From: an uncultured Mesorhizobium sp.
GTDB lineage: Bacteria > Pseudomonadota > Alphaproteobacteria > Rhizobiales > Rhizobiaceae
Direction of reading: 5' to 3'
NCBI GenBank assembly: GCA_964490065.1
Contig: CAZBBT010000003.1
Span: forward strand, 7,560 to 71,559
Length of the DNA stretch: 64,000 nt
Position numbers and translations under genes: made by a program. The notes below the pieces were generated by a model, which did no database searches, had not been told where the DNA came from, and saw nothing but the letters and a program-made list of their open reading frames with translations. Shown here piece by piece: positions 31,391 to 41,208 of this stretch (the stretch's first letter is position 1; the number at the start of each line of letters is the position of its first letter).

Positions 31391-32500
31391 ATGACCACAC
31401 CCCCCGCCGCCTGGAAGATCGATCTCAGAAGCGATACGTCGACACGCCCTTGCGCCGCCATGCTCGAACGCATGCTGCACGCGTCGGTCGGCGACGAGCA
31501 GATCGCCGAGGATCCCACCACGCGAGAACTTGAAGAACGCGTCGCTCACGAGCTGGGCCATGAACGTGCGATCTTTCTTCCAACCGGGACGATGTGCAAT
31601 CAGATCGCCTTGCTGGTTCACTGCCGGCCGGGCGACGAGATTATCTGTTCGCGCCTGGCGCATGTCTTCACCTCCGAAGGTGGTGGTGCAGCAGCGCTTG
31701 CGGGCGCGTCGATCCAGGCCATCGACACCAGAAACGGCATCTTCAGCGCCGATCAGGTGAGCAAGGTGGTGCGGCCACTGCGCGATCGCTCGCCGCGCAG
31801 CCGCGTGACCGTCATCGAGCAAACCTCCAACCGCGGCGGCGGTGCCGTCTGGCCCCTGGATGTCGTTGAAGCGATACAGGAAGTGGCCCGCTTGCACGGT
31901 TTGGCAGTTCATATGGACGGCGCGCGCCTCTTCAATGCCGCTGTCGCCGCCGGCCTCAAGGTGAGCGCTTTCGCTCGCGGTTGCGACAGTGTCTGGGTCG
32001 ATTTCACCAAGAGCCTGGGCTGTCCATTCGGGGCTGTGCTGGCCGGTTCGGCCGGCTTCATCGCCCAGGCATGGCGATGGAAGCACCGTCTCGGCGGAGC
32101 GATGCGCCAGTCCGGCTTCATGGCCGCGGCGTGCCTTTATGCGCTGGACAACAATATCGAGCGGTTGGACGAAGACCACGGCAAAGCGCGGCGGCTTGCC
32201 AACATTGTCGAAGGCCAGGCCGGCATCAAACTGGCCTTTCCCACCGTCGAGACGAACATGGTTTTTGTCGACCTGTCCGAAACCGGTGTTTGTGCCGAAA
32301 GCCTCTTGAGTGAACTGGCACGCGATGGGATACGCTTTTCCTTAGAGGGCGAAAGCCTTTTACGCGCCGTCACTCACATCGACGTTTCCCACGACGATAT
32401 CGAGGTCGCAGGCAAAGCGCTGATTTGCGCCGTTGAAGATATTCAGCAACGAACAAGGCGTTCTGCACTTGTGCACACGCCTGTGCGACAGCACGTTTGA
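31391..32500 (+). CDS. Low-specificity threonine aldolase family (LtaE-like)
   Basis: DLRSDT, PTGTMCN, HMDGARLFNA and the PLP lysine in TKSLG. Confidence 0.9.
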   Translation: MTTPPAAWKIDLRSDTSTRPCAAMLERMLHASVGDEQIAEDPTTRELEERVAHELGHERAIFLPTGTMCNQIALLVHCRPGDEIICSRLAHVFTSEGGGAAALAGASIQAIDTRNGIFSADQVSKVVRPLRDRSPRSRVTVIEQTSNRGGGAVWPLDVVEAIQEVARLHGLAVHMDGARLFNAAVAAGLKVSAFARGCDSVWVDFTKSLGCPFGAVLAGSAGFIAQAWRWKHRLGGAMRQSGFMAAACLYALDNNIERLDEDHGKARRLANIVEGQAGIKLAFPTVETNMVFVDLSETGVCAESLLSELARDGIRFSLEGESLLRAVTHIDVSHDDIEVAGKALICAVEDIQQRTRRSALVHTPVRQHV

Positions 32501-32587
32501 AAAACGCCGTGTGAAAGGCGCCATCGCGTGCTGGCAGCTCTTTGTGCTGCTTGCAGCCGCGCCGCCATAGAAGCTGACTTGCTGCCG

Positions 32588-33199
32588 TCAAAAGGAGGCC
32601 CGAGCTGAGCGAAGGGCCTGCTCAAGAAGTTCCAGCCGATCCTGGCCCCAGAAAAGCTCGCCGTCCAGAACATAGGACGGCGAACCGAAGACGCCGTCGT
32701 CTATCGCGCGGATCGCGTTGTGGCTGTAGCTATCGCCAATCGTCGAAGCCTTCGCCTGTTGCAAGGTGGGGGCAACGTCGGCGCCAACGCCGGCGATGCA
32801 GTCGCAGACCACGGCTTCATCGGAAATGTCGCGGTTTTCAACCCAACAAGCGCGCATGATCGAATAGACGAAATCGGTAGCGCGAGCACCTTGCGCGGCC
32901 AGCACCATTGCGGTGCGATCTGCCAGTTCAGGTGATGTTGGAAAGTGTGTCGGATTGGGCACCAGCGCAATGCCGCGATGTTGGCTCCAGCGCCGCAGTT
33001 CCAGAATTCGGTAATCTTTGCGCACCTGTGCACGTTGCGCCACCGGCACGCCGCCCGTCGCCGAAAACACGGCCTGGAGCGGCATTGGATAATGTTCGAG
33101 ATCGAGCTGAAATTCTCTCGCCAACAACACGACCTTGGCGTGGCCGAGATAGGCAAAAGGACTGATGCAGCTGTAGTAGTATTTGAGCTTTCTGGTCAT
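32588..33199 (-). CDS. 2-hydroxychromene-2-carboxylate isomerase/GST-kappa (DsbA family)
   Basis: ISPFAYLG and GVFGSPSY...FWGQDRL. Confidence 0.88.
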   Translation of the reverse strand: MTRKLKYYYSCISPFAYLGHAKVVLLAREFQLDLEHYPMPLQAVFSATGGVPVAQRAQVRKDYRILELRRWSQHRGIALVPNPTHFPTSPELADRTAMVLAAQGARATDFVYSIMRACWVENRDISDEAVVCDCIAGVGADVAPTLQQAKASTIGDSYSHNAIRAIDDGVFGSPSYVLDGELFWGQDRLELLEQALRSARASF

Positions 33200-33234
33200 G
33201 GCCTTCCTTTCACTATTGCGCCGGCGTTTCCTGC

Positions 33235-34137
33235 CTAAGCCAGGGCGTAGGTCTTGTTTCCTGGAAACGGCATGGTCGCGGTATAGATCGAACCCGACTG
33301 TGCGTCCGTGATGAACAGCGTCGGGCTGCCGTCGGGAGCGAAGGCGGCCGTTGTGGACAGCCCCTCGCCAGGCAGCTCGATGAAATGGGTGCAACGGCCT
33401 CGACTGCTGAAGCGAAAGACACCAATGCCGGGTTGTGCGACGACAAGACCGCCTTCGGCGTCGAGAGCCAATCCATCCGGCCCGAAACCGCCTGGCATGT
33501 TGGCGAAGACGCCCACACGCGCAACCGCGCCCGTTTCGTCAAGCTGCAGGTTCCACACCGCGTTGGCGCGGGTGGCGCTGACGAAAATCTGCGATTCGTC
33601 CAAATTGGCGACGATGCCGTTCGGGCCCGGAACATTGGCCAGCAGCTGTTCGGGCCTGCCACCGCAGCGCCACCGGTAGACGCAGCCGTCGGCATTGGCG
33701 AGGCTGCTTTTCTTCTGGTCGGTGAAAAGCAAATCGCCCGACATGGTGAATGCGAGGTCGTTGCAGGCGACGAGCGGACCAAACGAGGTCTCGGTTAACA
33801 AAGGCTCGGCCGAGCGCGTGCGCCGGTCTACCTTCATGAGGCCGATGACATTGTCACTCAACACGAGCGAGCCGTCACGCTCGACCTCAAGCCCCTTCGG
33901 GCGGCCGTCATAGCGGCAGATCTCCAACCACCGCCCCGCGCCGTCGATGCGCAACACGCGACTATGGGGAATATCCACGACATAAAGATTTCCCTCGCGG
34001 TCAAAGCGCGCGCCTTCAAGATAGCTGTCAAACGACTGACCAAGATAGGGCCGGCCGAAGCTGGGATGGACCTGGCGCAGCTGCGCCGGCATGGCGGTGA
34101 ACAATTGTGCGTACAAATGTTGGGGTGTCGGTGTCAT
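33235..34137 (-). CDS. SMP-30/gluconolactonase family protein
   Basis: LEG, ND, PNG and PDG propeller motifs. Confidence 0.88.
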   Translation of the reverse strand: MTPTPQHLYAQLFTAMPAQLRQVHPSFGRPYLGQSFDSYLEGARFDREGNLYVVDIPHSRVLRIDGAGRWLEICRYDGRPKGLEVERDGSLVLSDNVIGLMKVDRRTRSAEPLLTETSFGPLVACNDLAFTMSGDLLFTDQKKSSLANADGCVYRWRCGGRPEQLLANVPGPNGIVANLDESQIFVSATRANAVWNLQLDETGAVARVGVFANMPGGFGPDGLALDAEGGLVVAQPGIGVFRFSSRGRCTHFIELPGEGLSTTAAFAPDGSPTLFITDAQSGSIYTATMPFPGNKTYALA

Positions 34138-35393
34138 GCCGGTCTATCCGTCTTGCTTGTATGGTCGGCGGCGAGAAAGTCGAAATCGTGCGGGTAGGGG
34201 GTGAGATTGTCGTGGCCGGCAGCTGTCACCACCACGCAGTCGGAGTGGCGAAAGCCGCCGACGCCGTCCTTGTAAAGGCCAGGTTCAACGGTGACGACCA
34301 TGCCCGGCTGCAAGATCTCTTGGCTGCCGATGTCGATATAAGGCCGCTCGCGCTCCTGCAGGCCGACAGAATGGCCGACATGGTGGCGCCAATGGTCTTC
34401 AAAGCCAAGCTTGCGTGCGCGCTCACGCACCATCCGGTCAATCTCCGCCACCGCGACGCCGGGCCTGACCATGGCAAGGGCATATTCCTGCAGCTCGATA
34501 CCGTGTGCAAAAAGGCTGCGGTAGGCCCTCGAGGCTGTGGCGCAGGTCATGGACCTTTCGATGTCGCAATAATAACCGCCAATATAGGCGGCGACCTTGG
34601 AGATCAGCGGATCGCCCGGGGCCAAGATTGGGTCGAGCAGGATGTGGGCGTGAACGGCAGTGCCGGCGGCACCGACTTGCCCGCCGAAAGAAGCCGAAAT
34701 CTGTGCCGGCCACGCCATTGCCGTTCGATTGCAAAATGCGGCGCGAAACCGCCGCATCGCCCGCGCGGTGGCGACGCCGCCGATGGCACTCTCGCTTGCA
34801 CCCGCCACGATCGCATCCTGAAGATAGGCTTGCGCCAGCAGCGCCCAGTCGCCGGCATGGCGAATCAGCTCGATCTCCTCGGGCGACTTCACCATGCGCA
34901 GCTTGTCGACAAGGTCGCGCTCGACAACGCAATAGGCGCACACCGTGTCGGCAAGCCTTGGCCCGTGATAACCGAAGGGGCTGTGGTAACCCTTCGATTC
35001 GATGACCAAACGGCGATGCCCCAGATCAGAAAGAAGCATGCCCAAAAGCCGCATGGGATGCGTCAAGCCGGGATATTCCGGATAGCTGACAACGGTGGCT
35101 TCGATCGCTTGAGCGGTCGCGTCGGCGGCGCGTAGCTGGGGCGCAAACAAGGTTGTTGTGCCGTCGCGGTTGGCGATCACAGCCACAGGGCGCTCGGTGT
35201 TCGTGGTTGCCCAGCCTGTGAGATAAGCGATCGTCACGGCCGAAAAGCCGACGAAGGCATCACCGCCGAGATCGGTCAGCGCGGCGGCGACACGCGCGCG
35301 GCGGCGACGTATTTCGCCGGCGCTTGGGCCAAGCGGCCGATCGGCGCTCAGCTTTTCTTCCAGTGAGCAAATGAGGTCGGATAGGCTCATCAA
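34134..35393 (-). CDS. M24 (Xaa-Pro peptidase/creatinase fold) hydrolase
   Basis: RMVKSPEEI, GHSVGL and VEPGLY. Confidence 0.88.
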   Translation of the reverse strand: MMSLSDLICSLEEKLSADRPLGPSAGEIRRRRARVAAALTDLGGDAFVGFSAVTIAYLTGWATTNTERPVAVIANRDGTTTLFAPQLRAADATAQAIEATVVSYPEYPGLTHPMRLLGMLLSDLGHRRLVIESKGYHSPFGYHGPRLADTVCAYCVVERDLVDKLRMVKSPEEIELIRHAGDWALLAQAYLQDAIVAGASESAIGGVATARAMRRFRAAFCNRTAMAWPAQISASFGGQVGAAGTAVHAHILLDPILAPGDPLISKVAAYIGGYYCDIERSMTCATASRAYRSLFAHGIELQEYALAMVRPGVAVAEIDRMVRERARKLGFEDHWRHHVGHSVGLQERERPYIDIGSQEILQPGMVVTVEPGLYKDGVGGFRHSDCVVVTAAGHDNLTPYPHDFDFLAADHTSKTDRPA

Positions 35394-35402
35394 GCGCTCG
35401 CT

Positions 35403-36359
35403 TCACGTCGCCTGTGCCAGCCCCGATTCACGCCAGCGTCGCATGATCGCCAGACTCTGTTCGAACCCCGTTTTCATCGGTGTCGGTTCGGGCAGGCCGA
35501 AATCGGTGCGCAGCCGCGCAGTGTCGTAGCGCCATACAAGGCCGGCCGTACCAGGCTCTAGTCTGGCCTTGAAGCCGGGCGCAAGCTCTTCAAGAACCGC
35601 CATGCTTTCAGCCATGGTACGGATCTCGCCGCTGGTGTTGTAGACGTCGAGGCCGGTATGCGGCGCGTCGATGCCGCGCTCGAAAATAGTGGCTATGTCT
35701 TCAATGTACTGCCAGTTGACGATGTCGTCGCCGCAGGGAACGGCCATCGGCCTGCCGTCGAGGGCGTTTTCGAACATCTCGTAGCCGAAAGCCTTGCCGC
35801 GACGCTTGCCAGGACCGTAACCTTGGCAAATGCGAAAGCCTATCGTCTCGACACCGTGATGCGCGCGATAGTAGGTTGCAAGCCGTTCCATGGTGGATTT
35901 GGTGATGCCGTAAAGCGTCGCAGGATAATGCGGCGCGTCATCGGAGACGACAGCATCAGGCCCGCCGTGCCGCCGGGGCGGCCCAAAGACGCTGGAGGCG
36001 CTGGCAAAAATCACACGCCGCGTCTTGAAGATGCGGGCTGCCTCCAAAACGTTGGTCATGCCCCCGACGTTCTGGCTCATGGTGAAATGGCTGTTGCGCT
36101 CAGCGATCGGCGGCAGAACGCTCGCCAGATGGATGATGGCATCGGGCCGGTGGTCGGCGACAACAGAAACAAACTCCGTCGCACAGCTCAGGTCGCCGAC
36201 GATCCAGGAGATCTTGTCGCGCGCCTGCGGTCCGCAGATCAGCTCCAGATCGGCAAAGCCGGTGCGGGTGTCAAACAGCACCACATCCTTGCCGCGCGCC
36301 AGCAGGCGACGTGTGAGATAAAGCCCGATTTGGCCAAAGCCACCGGTGATGACGTACAT
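35403..36359 (-). CDS. NAD-dependent epimerase/dehydratase (extended SDR)
   Basis: TGGFGQIG and YGITK. Confidence 0.88.
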   Translation of the reverse strand: MYVITGGFGQIGLYLTRRLLARGKDVVLFDTRTGFADLELICGPQARDKISWIVGDLSCATEFVSVVADHRPDAIIHLASVLPPIAERNSHFTMSQNVGGMTNVLEAARIFKTRRVIFASASSVFGPPRRHGGPDAVVSDDAPHYPATLYGITKSTMERLATYYRAHHGVETIGFRICQGYGPGKRRGKAFGYEMFENALDGRPMAVPCGDDIVNWQYIEDIATIFERGIDAPHTGLDVYNTSGEIRTMAESMAVLEELAPGFKARLEPGTAGLVWRYDTARLRTDFGLPEPTPMKTGFEQSLAIMRRWRESGLAQAT

Positions 36360-36360
36360 T

Positions 36361-37152
36361 CTAGCATCCGTTTGCAGGTGTTGCGGAAAACGCGTGTTCG
36401 CTCAGCAGCCGGCCGAGGCCGGCGAGCGGCTGGCAAAGACCCATGCGCATCAGTATTTGCCAGATGGTCGCGGACGTGCTGGTGATGACCGGCTTGCCCA
36501 GGTCGCTCTCAAGCTGCTCGATGAACTCCAGCGAGCGGATACCCGTGCAGCTCACGAACACGGCGTCGCACTTTTCATGTCTGCTGCGGCGAACCCACAG
36601 CGCAACTTCTTCCGGCCCCAGATGTTGCGCCATGCCCGAATCGACGAACTCCTCACCGCCCACGACCGGCACTTCGAAGCCTTCGTCACGCAGGAATTGC
36701 GCTTGCAGGTCGTTGAACGCCTTCTGGTAGGGGGTCACCAACGCCACTTTCGTAGCGCCGACATGACGCAGCGCCTCGACGCTGGCATCCATCGTCGTGA
36801 CCGCAGGCAGGCCGGTGCGTTGGTTGATGTCGGCGAGCAGCGCCTTTGTGCCGTAGAAGATGCCGCCCATCGTGCAATGGTAGACGATCACATCGAGATA
36901 TTGCAGCGGCAGCAGGTCGAGCGCCGTCATGAAATGGGTGTTCATCGCCTTCATGTTGTCGGCATCGATCGGGCCGGTGCGGGCCATGCGTGACACGTGG
37001 CACGTGATGCCGTCCGGCAGATAGCGCGGAAACAAGGGCTCAGTCAGATGATCGAGCTGGGGAATGATGATGCCGATCCGTCCGCGCCAGGCGATCGTCG
37101 CGCGCGCAAGCGGGGTGGAGGCATTGATGGTTGCGGTGCCGCAATGCTCCAT
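36361..37152 (-). CDS. Asp/Glu racemase superfamily (maleate isomerase/EutA-like)
   Basis: YHCT and VSCTG catalytic Cys pair; TPY; GKPVITS. Confidence 0.85.
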   Translation of the reverse strand: MEHCGTATINASTPLARATIAWRGRIGIIIPQLDHLTEPLFPRYLPDGITCHVSRMARTGPIDADNMKAMNTHFMTALDLLPLQYLDVIVYHCTMGGIFYGTKALLADINQRTGLPAVTTMDASVEALRHVGATKVALVTPYQKAFNDLQAQFLRDEGFEVPVVGGEEFVDSGMAQHLGPEEVALWVRRSRHEKCDAVFVSCTGIRSLEFIEQLESDLGKPVITSTSATIWQILMRMGLCQPLAGLGRLLSEHAFSATPANGC

Positions 37153-37154
37153 AA

Positions 37155-38258
37155 TCAGAACCCCTCGCGCGCCGGTGTGGGTGCATTCTCGTCGTCGAGG
37201 AGCCGGCAGTCGGCCGGATGCCAGAAAAGCTCGACCTCAGCACCCGCCTGGAGAGTCGGTGTACCGAAACGGTTGAATTGCTTGACGGCAAGCATATGCC
37301 CGCTACCAAGGCGCACCGTATAGGTCGTTACGGAGCCGAGATAGAGCACGTCTGCAATGCGCCCGCGTGCGACGTTGGTGTCTGGCTCAGCTTGGCCGAT
37401 GCTGATCTTTTCGGGCCGTATGGCGATGCTCGCCGCCATGCCCCGAGGCAGCGACCGGTCAAGCCTGACCGTCAAGCCGCAGCCTTCGACGGCTATGCTG
37501 CCGCCGTCATCGACAGTGCCTTTGAGGACGTTTGTCTCGCCCAGGAAGCTTGCCACAAAGGACGAACGCGGGTCCTCGTACAGCTCCTGCGGCGTGCCAA
37601 GCCTGACGATCTCGCCGCGATCCACCACCGCGACGCGGTCGGACATAGCCAGTGCTTCCTCCTGATCGTGCGTGACGAAGATCATCGTCGTGCCCAGCGT
37701 CTTGTGGATGCGCTGAAACTCCAAAAGCATCTGATTGCGAAGGGTCTTGTCGAGGGCGCTAAGCGGCTCGTCGAGAAGCAGGACCGAGGGGCGAAAGGCA
37801 AGGGCGCGTGCGAGCGCGATACGCTGTTGCTGGCCGCCCGAAAGCTGCGAAGGCAGTCTGTCGGCCATCGCCTTGAGATGGACGAGCTCGAGCAGTTCGT
37901 CGACGCGGTTGTCGATGTCGGCCTTGTTCCAGCGCAGGTTCCTAAGCGCGAAGGCGACATTTTCGAACACGGTCAGGTGGCCGAACAGGGCATAGTTTTG
38001 AAACACGATACCGAGCCGGCGCTTGTGCGCCGGAACCCCGCTCATGGCGCGCTCGCCTACGTAGATCTCCCCCTGCGTCGGCAGCTGAAAGCCGGCGATC
38101 AAGAGCAGGATGGTGCTCTTGCCCGACCCGCTTGGGCCCAGCAGAGTCAGGAACTCACCCTCGCGCACGCTGAGCGAAAGGTTCTTGATTGCGTCGAAGC
38201 TGCCGTAGCGCTTCGTCACGCCTTCCAGTCTGAGCACAGCTTTTTGTTGGCCGTTCAT
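37155..38258 (-). CDS. ABC ATP-binding protein (PotA-like)
   Basis: GPSGSGKS and LSGGQQQR; start placed at MNGQQK rather than at the long upstream ORF start. Confidence 0.9.
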   Translation of the reverse strand: MNGQQKAVLRLEGVTKRYGSFDAIKNLSLSVREGEFLTLLGPSGSGKSTILLLIAGFQLPTQGEIYVGERAMSGVPAHKRRLGIVFQNYALFGHLTVFENVAFALRNLRWNKADIDNRVDELLELVHLKAMADRLPSQLSGGQQQRIALARALAFRPSVLLLDEPLSALDKTLRNQMLLEFQRIHKTLGTTMIFVTHDQEEALAMSDRVAVVDRGEIVRLGTPQELYEDPRSSFVASFLGETNVLKGTVDDGGSIAVEGCGLTVRLDRSLPRGMAASIAIRPEKISIGQAEPDTNVARGRIADVLYLGSVTTYTVRLGSGHMLAVKQFNRFGTPTLQAGAEVELFWHPADCRLLDDENAPTPAREGF

Positions 38259-38326
38259 GAATTCCACCGAATGCATAGTTTCAGGGTTCGGATGCCGAGC
38301 TGGCATGACAGCGGTCGCGGGGCACG

Positions 38327-40075
38327 TCACGCATGCGGCAGCCTCCTCGACTTGCGCACCTGCAACATGCCCTGCAACAGCTGGATAAGCAGGACGAGCA
38401 CGATGGTGACGGCGACCAATATCGTGGAAACCGCAGCGATCGTGGGGTCGATTTCCTGCAGGCTGTCCCACATCTTCTTCGGCAGCGTCCTGGCCCTCAT
38501 TCCGCTGACGAACAGCGCGATCAAAAGTTCGTCGAATGAGTGGAGAAAAGCGAAGAAGGCGCCGGTCAGAACGGCTGGCCTGATGGCCGGCAGGATGACC
38601 CGCAGCATGGTGCGCAAATGTCCGGCAGCGAGGCTGTGGGAGGCGCGTTCGAGGTTGGGGTCGAAATTGGTCAGCGCCGACACCAATACCACGGTGGCGA
38701 GCGGCAAGGCGCCGATCATATGGCCCAGCACCACCGCGACGTGGGTGCCGATCAGGCCGAGCTGGGAAAACACAAAGCCGACCGAGATCGCCACGATGAT
38801 CGAGGGCACGATCATGGGGGAGATGATGAGGCCATAAAGGAAAGCAGCCGCGCGCGAGCTCGAACGCGTAATGCCCAAGGCAGCGGGTGCGGCCAACACC
38901 ATGGTGAGAAACGCTGTGGCCAGCGCAATCAGCACGCTGTTGCATGTCGCTTCCATCCAGTCGGCGCTGGTGAAATATCTGACGTACCAGTGGAAGGTGA
39001 AGCCGGCCGGAGGAAAGACGAAATAGGTCAGCGGATTGACCGACAGCGGCAGCATGACGAAGACCGGCACGATCAGAAACGCCAAGACGCCTGCACCGAC
39101 CACCGCGGGCACGAAGCGCCATACCGGATCAACCAGGCGATCGAGGGTATGAGTTAAAATATTCTCGCGAACGCGGCGGTTGGCGATCCTGGTTTTGCTG
39201 TTGTCTCCGCCAACAATCGCCAGGCCGCCGACAAACCGATTGACCATGAACAGGCCAACGAGGCTCAAGACAAGCAGAATGACGCTCAATGCAGCGCCCA
39301 GCCCCCAGTTCAGCACACCGACCTGATAGGCAATCATATTGGCGATCATCGTCTCGCGCGGGCTGCCGAGCATGGCCGGCGTGATAAAAAACGCCAGGCA
39401 CATGACGAACACGAGAATGCACCCGCAAAAGACCCCCGGCATGCTGAGCGGCAGATAGACGCGCCGGAAGGCGGTGAACGGCGGCGCAGCGAGGCTTTCG
39501 GCCGCATGCACCAGGCGCGGATCGATGCCGCGCATCACGCTGTACAAGATCAAGATCATGTAAGGCAGCAGCACGTGGACCATGCCGATGAGGACGCCGA
39601 AACGATTGTAGAGCAGTCGCAACGGCTCTTCGATGATGCCGCTCTGCAACAGGACAGTGTTGACGATACCTTGCCAGCCGAGCAGAAATATCCACGCGTA
39701 GGTCCGCACCAGCATGCTGGTGAAAAACGGAATCATGACAAAGATGAGCAGCAGGTTGGCGACCCGCCGCGACGCCGTGGCCAGCAAATAGGCGGCAGGA
39801 TAGCCGAGGACCAGGCACAGCACGGTAACTTGCGCCGATATTTCGAAGGTGTTCCACAACACGCGCGCATAAACTGCGCTGTCGAACAGTTCACGGTAGT
39901 TGCCCAAGCCGGGTCTTGGCTCCAGCAGGCTCAAAAGCAACATCTGCATGACGGGCAAGACGTAGAAGGTGATGAGGAAGGCCGCCGCTGGCCATACGGT
40001 CAGCGGCAGAACGCCGGAGATCGCGCGCACCTTGGCGCGCCATCGCGCAGCATTGTTTGGCGCGATCCTGGACAC
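38327..40075 (-). CDS. Fused double ABC permease (PotB+PotC-like)
   Basis: Two permease domains in one frame (LVRTYAW...AAESLAA and FPPAGFTFHWY...ERASHSLAA). Confidence 0.85.
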   Translation of the reverse strand: MSRIAPNNAARWRAKVRAISGVLPLTVWPAAAFLITFYVLPVMQMLLLSLLEPRPGLGNYRELFDSAVYARVLWNTFEISAQVTVLCLVLGYPAAYLLATASRRVANLLLIFVMIPFFTSMLVRTYAWIFLLGWQGIVNTVLLQSGIIEEPLRLLYNRFGVLIGMVHVLLPYMILILYSVMRGIDPRLVHAAESLAAPPFTAFRRVYLPLSMPGVFCGCILVFVMCLAFFITPAMLGSPRETMIANMIAYQVGVLNWGLGAALSVILLVLSLVGLFMVNRFVGGLAIVGGDNSKTRIANRRVRENILTHTLDRLVDPVWRFVPAVVGAGVLAFLIVPVFVMLPLSVNPLTYFVFPPAGFTFHWYVRYFTSADWMEATCNSVLIALATAFLTMVLAAPAALGITRSSSRAAAFLYGLIISPMIVPSIIVAISVGFVFSQLGLIGTHVAVVLGHMIGALPLATVVLVSALTNFDPNLERASHSLAAGHLRTMLRVILPAIRPAVLTGAFFAFLHSFDELLIALFVSGMRARTLPKKMWDSLQEIDPTIAAVSTILVAVTIVLVLLIQLLQGMLQVRKSRRLPHA

Positions 40076-41154
40076 TAAAGCAGCGCCTCGGTGCAGATTT
40101 CGACCCATTTGTCGCGATTTTTCTTCCACCACACCTCGTCCTTGGCAAACGCCTTGTCGCGGTTGGCGGGATAGGTAACCAACTTTTTGGCGATCTCCTC
40201 GTCGATCAGATCATAGGCGCGAGGATTGGTTGGAGCGTAGTTGGCAAGCCGTGCCATTTCGGCCTGCGCTTCGGGCGTGCTGGCATGGGCAATGAACTGC
40301 ATTGCCGTATCCGCGTTGGCCGCACCTTTGAGCACGAACCACAGATCAAAGGTATAGCGATTGCCTTCCCATACAACGCGAACCGGCGCGCCACTATCGG
40401 CCAGCATCTGCTGGCGGCCGGTAGGACCAAGCGCCATGACCACTTCGCCCCCGGCCAGCATCTGCCCTGGCTGGGCCGGATTGTCCCACCAAATCACGTC
40501 ATCCTGGATCGATTTGAGCTTTTCGGCCGCTGCTTTCAGATCCAGGCTTTTGTAGACCTCGTCCTTGGGAATACCCATGGCGATCGCGGCGGCTTCGGGA
40601 AGCGGGTGAGCAGCCACGCCGCAACGTGGCAAGGCACGTTTGCCGGGAAACTTCTCGACATCCCAGAAATCCTTCCATGACTGTGGCTGAGGACCGCCGT
40701 CCGGAAACGCCTTGGTGTTGAAGGCCATGCCGTCGGTATAGTAGATCGTGCCAACGCCATGCGATTTCTTGGTTTCTTGCGGCATCGCCGTAAGATCTTT
40801 CTTGTCGAAATACTGGTAGTCGATGGGCAGCCACAGATCCTGATCAAGACCGAGCAAGTAAAATGTCTGGTTCGTCGAGGCAATATCGATCGCGGGATGG
40901 CCCGATTCCACCTGCGCGCGCAACCGCTCAATCTGCGGGCCGGTATCTTCTCGCACCCGCACGCCGGTCTTGTTGGCGAAAGTGTCGAAATAAGCCGCCC
41001 GTTGAGCATCCTGATATGTGCCACCGAAGCCGACCACATTCAGCTCCTTGCCGTCCGATTGGGCGAAGCTCGGATAAAGGCAGATCGTAGCGGCGGCAGC
41101 GCAGCCGAGAGCGAACCTGCAAGCATTTCGAATGCGCATATCGAGATGTGACAT
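40075..41154 (-). CDS. ABC substrate-binding protein (PotD-like)
   Basis: Signal peptide; GFGGTYQDAQR and PQSWKDFWDVEKFPGKR. Confidence 0.88.
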   Translation of the reverse strand: MSHLDMRIRNACRFALGCAAAATICLYPSFAQSDGKELNVVGFGGTYQDAQRAAYFDTFANKTGVRVREDTGPQIERLRAQVESGHPAIDIASTNQTFYLLGLDQDLWLPIDYQYFDKKDLTAMPQETKKSHGVGTIYYTDGMAFNTKAFPDGGPQPQSWKDFWDVEKFPGKRALPRCGVAAHPLPEAAAIAMGIPKDEVYKSLDLKAAAEKLKSIQDDVIWWDNPAQPGQMLAGGEVVMALGPTGRQQMLADSGAPVRVVWEGNRYTFDLWFVLKGAANADTAMQFIAHASTPEAQAEMARLANYAPTNPRAYDLIDEEIAKKLVTYPANRDKAFAKDEVWWKKNRDKWVEICTEALL

Positions 41155-41208
41155 GTGAAGTTCCCCTGTTTGAACGCTGCCCTTCGTGGCAGCGATTGCC
41201 ATATTTAA